Origin: Eledone cirrhosa
Taxonomy: Eukaryota
Direction: 5' to 3'
DNA length: 64,000 bases
NCBI GenBank assembly: GCA_964016885.1
Contig: OZ024742.1
Coordinates: 31,434,001 to 31,498,000 of the forward strand
In this document: positions 56,853 to 64,000 of the stretch, piece after piece
How the letters are laid out: each line of letters opens with the position of its first letter
Numbering within the stretch: position 1 is the stretch's first letter
Program-made: the position numbers and the translations under genes
Notes under the pieces: model-generated
What the model saw: only the letters and a program-made list of their open reading frames with translations
Told to the model about the DNA's origin: nothing
Databases searched by the model: none

Positions 56853-58108
56853 TATAGATATGCCCTAACGTCTTCATTATATATATATTGATGGCCTTGT
56901 GTCAAAAGTGGAAATAATTATATATATATATATATATATATATTTCGTTTCTGAATTTGTTTAGCAAGATTCTTTATCTGAAATCGTGTGTTGAAACCGA
57001 TATTGTTATACTTTGGGAGGGTCATGTTGCCAATAAGAAACACACGCACCAGATGCTTTCACTTCAATTTATTATTATAATAAATTTATAATAAATTTAT
57101 AAATTTATAAATTTCTGGCTGGTTGGTTGGTTCCACAACCAGATAGTTGTTTATATATTGTCATAGTTCTTTCGTCACACACTCTGTGACCTCTTCAGTG
57201 ACTGGGGATTCCTTTCTTTGTTTCTGTACCTCTCTTTTGTTCTGTCCTACGCCATTTTGTTTCTGTGTGTGTGTTGTGTGCTCAGTCTGCGCATGCGCCA
57301 CATCCGGGTGTCTGTGTGTGTTTATGTTCATTTATTTATTTGTTTATTTACATGTTACTGGTTGGTTGTTTGTTCTATGTGTGTGTGTGTTTTCATTTTG
57401 TCCTTAATTGTAAGTTGTGATGTTGCTGTTCCACTCATATTTTCTATTTAATTTTGGTTGTAATTTCGTTTCTGAATTTGTTTAGCAAGATTCTTTATCT
57501 GAAATCGTGTGTTGAAACCGATATTGTTATACTTTGGGAGGGTCATGTTGCCAATAAGAAACACACGCACCAGTTGCTTTCACTTCAATTTATTATATAT
57601 TTATAAATTTACAAATTTACAAACTTATAAATTTCTGGTTGGTTGGTTGGTTCCACAACCAGATAGTTGTTTATATATATAGTCATAGTCCTTTCGTCAC
57701 ACACTCTGTGACCTCTTCAGTGACTGGGGATTCCTTTCTTCGTTTCTGTGCCTTTCCTTTCTTCTATCCTACGCCATTTTGTTTCTGTGTGTGTGTTGTG
57801 TGCTCAGTTTGCGCATGCGCCACATCCGGGTGTCTGTGTGTGTTTGTGTTCATTTTTCTATTTTTCTATTTATATTTTTCTATTTGTTTAGTTATTTATT
57901 TATTTATTGTTGGTTGGTTGTTTGTTCTATGTGTGTGTGTGTTTTCATTTTGTCCTGTGTGTGTTTTCATTTTGTGTGTGTTTTCAATTGTAAGTTGTTT
58001 GTTCTATGTGTGTGTGTGTTTTCATTTTGTCCTTAGTTGTAAGTTGTGATGTTGCTGTTCCACTCATATTTTCTATTTAATTTTGGTTTTAATTCTTTTA
58101 TGCTTACT

Positions 58109-58700
58109 GGAATAGAATAGAAAGAACTAGGAACAAGGCCAATAGAATAAACTCATGGTATGATAGCAATAAATACCAGAGTGTAATGTTCATCAATACA
58201 ACCCCTAGAGGCGAACTAGCCTACAAATTTAGAAGGGCTCTAAATAAACATAATCTCAATATTAAGATAGTAGAAAGACCTGGTACCTCCGTAAAAACAC
58301 TTATTAGCAAGACATACCCGTTCCAAAGACCCTCATGTATAGATAAGAAATGTATAACCTGTAAAATAAGCCTCCATATTAACTGTAAAACTAGAAATGT
58401 AGTGTATAGCATAAGATGTACTGAAGGACAATGTAGAAACAAAAATATAGTGTACATAGGTGAGACAGCTCGTAGTATAGGGGAACGAATAAATGAACAC
58501 TGGCGAGACCTCCAAGATAATAAAGAATCATCTGTGCTCTACCAACATGCTAAGATAGAACACAGGGGTAGATTAGAGAGCATAGAAATAAAAAAAAATA
58601 GAATCCACACACAGAAAAGACGCAATGTTTGGGCAAATTACAGAGGCAGTAAGCATAAAAGAATTAAAACCAAAATTAAATAGAAAATATGAGTGGAACA
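58109..58700 (+). pseudogene. Penelope C-terminal GIY-YIG endonuclease (copy B)
   Basis: NVVYSIRCTEGQCRNKNIVYIGETARSIGERINEH; frameshift at the A-run near 58590. Confidence 0.9.
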
Positions 58701-59030
58701 GCAACATCACAACTTACAACTAAGGACAAAATGAAAACACACACACACATAGAACAAACAACTTACAATTGAAAACACACACAAAATGAAAACACACACA
58801 GGACAAAATGAAAACACACACACACATAGAACAAACAACCAACCAACAATAAATAAATAAATAACTAAACAAATAGAAAAATATAAATAGAAAAATAGAA
58901 AAATGAACACAAACACACACAGACACCCGGATGTGGCGCATGCGCAAACTGAGCACACAACACACACACAGAAACAAAATGGCGTAGGATAGAAGAAAGG
59001 AAAGGCACAGAAACGAAGAAAGGAATCCCC

Positions 59031-59075
59031 AGTCACTGAAGAGGTCACAGAGTGTGTGACGAAAGGACTATGACT
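59031..59075 (+). ncRNA. pLTR hammerhead ribozyme (minus-strand copies at 57681-57725 and 57160-57203)
   Basis: agtca CTGAAGA g gtcac-agagtgt-gtgac GAAA ggac TA tgact. Confidence 0.8.
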
Positions 59076-59235
59076 ATATATATAAACAACTATCTGGTTG
59101 TGGAACCAACCAACCAACCAGAAATTTATAAGTTTGTAAATTTGTAAATTTATAAATATATAATAAATTGAAGTGAAAGCAACTGGTGCGTGTGTTTCTT
59201 ATTGGCAACATGACCCTCCCAAAGTATAACAATAT

Positions 59236-60023
<788 letters not shown>

Positions 60024-60051
60024 TGTATAGATATACACTACCGTCTTCATT

Positions 60052-60091
<40 letters not shown>

Positions 60092-60158
60092 TTACTAGTC
60101 TACACTTGATATATACACTAGACTTAACACTTTATATATAAACAATAAACTTTATATA

Positions 60159-60244
<86 letters not shown>

Positions 60245-60502
60245 AGAAGGTAGTCCAGCATAATCGGAGCTCTGGCTGCGGGCAAGCTAACGAATGCAGT
60301 CGGAAAGTGCAGCTAAAGCACTCAATAAGGAATGTTACCTTAGAGTTATAACATCACCTTTAGACAGCTATGCAAATTGAAGGCAGCGACCGATAAGCGA
60401 GCCGCTAGGACCAGAACAACACATATATATATATATATATACGTGGAGAAATATATACAGGAGAACAAACCGTTAAAACATGTTTATTTAAAATATATAT
60501 AT

Positions 60503-60845
60503 ATACACAATATATTAATAAATGGAAACTATATTTATAAAACCATATTTATTTTATTATATATATTTCAAGGGCAACCAAGGCAAATTATGGTGCGCTT
60601 TCATCAGATAAAATACAGATTTGTTTTATAAAGAAATATTGACATACCCGGAAAATGACTATCCAGGAAGCTCCAACCGTTAAGGTTGTCTTTTTTCCGG
60701 GTATGTCAATATTTATTTATAAAACAAATCTGTATTTTATCTGATGAAAGCGCACCATAATTTGCCTTGGTTGCCCTTGAAATATATATAATAAAATAAA
60801 TATGGTTTTATAAATATAGTTTCCATTTATTAATATATTGTGTAT
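60503..60845. mobile_element. Family W fold-back with two HHRs (60550-60615 minus, 60733-60798 plus)
   Basis: About 150-bp near-perfect arms; tattttat CTGATGA...GAAA tatata TA ataaaata with 8-bp stem I. Confidence 0.85.
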
Positions 60846-60927
60846 TTACTCCACTGTTGAGTGCTTTATATCAGTTATAAAAATTGTTAACCTTGTTGAA
60901 TCCCAACAAATTAAATATAACCTCTGC

Positions 60928-60998
<71 letters not shown>

Positions 60999-61906
60999 AG
61001 AATAAATGAAGTGAAAAGGCTCAACTTGTAATTTAAATGCGGTTTAGTCCCCTGAGTTAGAACGAAAGATATTCGTTTCGGTTCTCTGCTCTCTGAGTTC
61101 AAATCCTGCTGAGGTCAACTTTGCCTTTCATCCGTTCGAGGTCGATAAAAAATGCCAGTCTAGTACTGGGGCTGATTTGTCTTCTGTATCTCTTTCTCAC
61201 TTCCATTCTCTGACTATCTAACCTTCTGTGAAAGAAATATATATATATTATTTAACAAAAATGTCTTTTATAGCATCGCTGCGCATTAGAACACGACAAT
61301 AAGGTGAATACTCTTAAAGATGGAATAAGAAAGTTGCCATCAACCGCTACGAGGAATCGAACCCCGTATCTCCCAGATACCGGCTATATATAGTACCTAC
61401 TCTCACTTATAAAGCCTGAGCCGAAGGAAAATTATGATAAACGACACTTGCACGACAAGCTGCCACACAGTAGGATCGAACACGAGACTTAATTATCGTG
61501 AAATAAAATCCTTAAGAATTCTGTCATGCTAAGTCCACTGTTTACCTGTACATGTTTAGCGTTTACCTGTAGTTTCTGTGAGGTTTTTCTTGGCACGGTT
61601 TCCGCCATCATCACTTTAAAGAATGTTACCACCCAGAGAAAAATTACACCTTACCCACCAACCCAGATGAAATCGGCTCACACATACCCGTCACACGTGC
61701 ACACAACCACAGAAAAACAACTTGTACACATACAAAAAAATAACAAAGACCCAACACAAAATACATACACGCAAACTCATCTGATATATATATATACATA
61801 CATCTATTATATATATAAAATATATATACATCTATTATATATATATACATATATACACCTACATCTATATATGTACATATATATATATATACTACACACA
61901 CACACG

Positions 61907-62057
<151 letters not shown>

Positions 62058-62167
62058 GTATATATATATATATATATACATACATCTATTATATATATAT
62101 ACATATATACACCTACATCTATATATGTACATATATATATATATACTACACACACACACGCACACAT

Positions 62168-62338
<171 letters not shown>

Positions 62339-62580
62339 CATCTATTATATATATATATATACATATATACACCTGCATCTATATATGTACATATATATAT
62401 ATATACTACACACACACCTATATATATATATGTGTGTGTGCGCGCTTAAACAAAAACAACTGTGGTATTTCAGGAGATAAACGAAAAAATAACAATGACG
62501 AAAAAATGCAATAAAAAAGAAAGGAAAGAAAAGCAAAAGTATAGAAATGGAAGAAGAAGAAGAAGAAGAAGAAGAAGAAG

Positions 62581-62612
<32 letters not shown>

Positions 62613-62731
62613 GAAAGAGGAGCAGGAGGACCCCCAAAGGTCACAGCTGCAACAAAATAACATCACAAAAACAAACATATTGAAAAGTAAATTAAAAAAA
62701 TGAATACATACATACATATATATATATACCG

Positions 62732-62777
<46 letters not shown>

Positions 62778-62799
62778 TAGATAGATATAGATATACATA

Positions 62800-63352
62800 T
62801 ACTCTTTTACTCTTTTACCTGTTCCAGCCATCCGACTGAGGCCATGCTAGGGCACCGCCCTTGTTGCTACACATTTTATCTCCAGCCTGTATTGGTTGGC
62901 CACTGGTGTAAGAGGGAGTTTGTTGCTGCTGCCTTTAGGTTTCCCTCGTGTCTTGCTGTGGGCTCATCCGGGAACCTGGATAGCAAGGTGTCGAGATGTT
63001 TCTTGAAAACATGCGTCCACACCATGCAGATCTCTCAGATCTTTCGGCAGCTTGTTGAAGAGTTGAGGGCCCTTGAACCCCAGGCTATTGCAATATGTGC
63101 CCCTTATTCTAGATGTGGAAGACGGGACCCTTGGCACCACACAGTGACGTCCTGTTCGGGGGTTGGTCCAGCTCCCAATGCGAAAGTTTGCTGCTAGTCC
63201 CTCCAGGATTTTCCACATGTAGATCACTGCGTATCTCTCCCGTCTTCGTTCCAAGGAGTAGAGGTTCAGTTCTTTTAGCCCCTCCCAGTAGCTTGTCTCC
63301 TTCATCGTTGCAATCCTCTTGATGTAGCTTCGCTCGATTGCCTCAAGCTCCG
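62800..63352 (-). mobile_element. CR1-group LINE 3' end
   Basis: SYWEGLKELNLYSLERRRERY...WKIL...GPQLFNKLPKDLR; short tandem tail tactctttt. Confidence 0.8.
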
Positions 63353-63577
63353 TATATATATATGTATATAGTATTAGTTATACTATTTATGGTTATGTAA
63401 ATACAAAACCTTATGCAATTATAAGTATTTTTTTATACACACCCTAAATAGTGGTAGGCAGTAATGTATTACTACCTTATTACCAGTAAGTTAAGTAGCT
63501 CAATGTAAAAACATCAGATGATTTACAGAGCAGTTATATGAAATATAAGAATCAAAGAACTGTTCAAAACATTATTG

Positions 63578-63624
63578 TGCTTACAGCTGTTTCCTCCAAA
63601 CCGAGGTTTGGATTCTTCGGAGCA
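63578..63624 (-). ncRNA. Minimal type I HHR with a U4C core change
   Basis: tgct CCGAAGA a-tccaaacc-tc-ggtttgga-g GAAA cagctg TA agca. Confidence 0.65.
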
Positions 63625-64000
63625 ATTTATTAATGCATGGACAGTTATATGACCTCCTTTTCAGCCAAGAGACATACCGATACATATGCAAATATTGTGG
63701 GTCAACATTCATTACAGAATTTAGAGTGGCAGTACACACTTCGAGATTACATTCATATTAAGAGGTACAATCAAAAATCAAAAATACAGGTTAAAATACA
63801 ACATGAAGATAAGCGGTTATATAGTGCAAATGTTATATGTGTGGCACGCATGTGCGTCTTGTTTATATAGTGTGGCAGAGAGATATGTGTGGTAGAGGCA
63901 CTTAGGTAGGTAAACAAGAGTGTTAGGTTGGTAGATCTGGTGACAACATCCACCCACTTGAACTGCACTACACCGCTCTATAGGTAATTTGAGCATGAAT

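Noticed and set aside
57147-59117. Identical 136-aa hydrophobic ORFs on both strands
   Set aside because: Antisense reading of the T/G-rich Penelope pseudo-LTR; identity reflects the inverted repeat

Overview
Eukaryotic, AT-rich, microsatellite-saturated DNA. The repeat landscape resembles a cephalopod (Octopus-like) genome; this is an inference. No host protein-coding gene can be supported, and nearly all listed ORFs are simple-repeat artefacts. Real coding remnants are all from transposons: a Tx1/L1-clade LINE family (six copies), CRE-, CR1- and RTE-type LINE fragments, a mariner, two pogo/Tigger remnants and a nested Penelope (GIY-YIG) locus. Non-coding mobile elements include two non-autonomous Helitrons and many tRNA-derived SINEs. 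Two hidden layers stand out. (1) About 20 type I hammerhead ribozyme (HHR) motifs, read by eye, from roughly 9 unrelated non-coding repeat families. They sit in 420-610 nt monomers arranged as partial tandems and/or fold-back inversions inside (TA)n tracts, resembling a community of Penelope-mobilised retrozyme-like RNAs. (2) The Tx1 family appears to insert specifically and in a fixed orientation into (TATC)n/(GATA)n microsatellites. All folds and alignments were made by eye, and coordinates may be off by a few bases.
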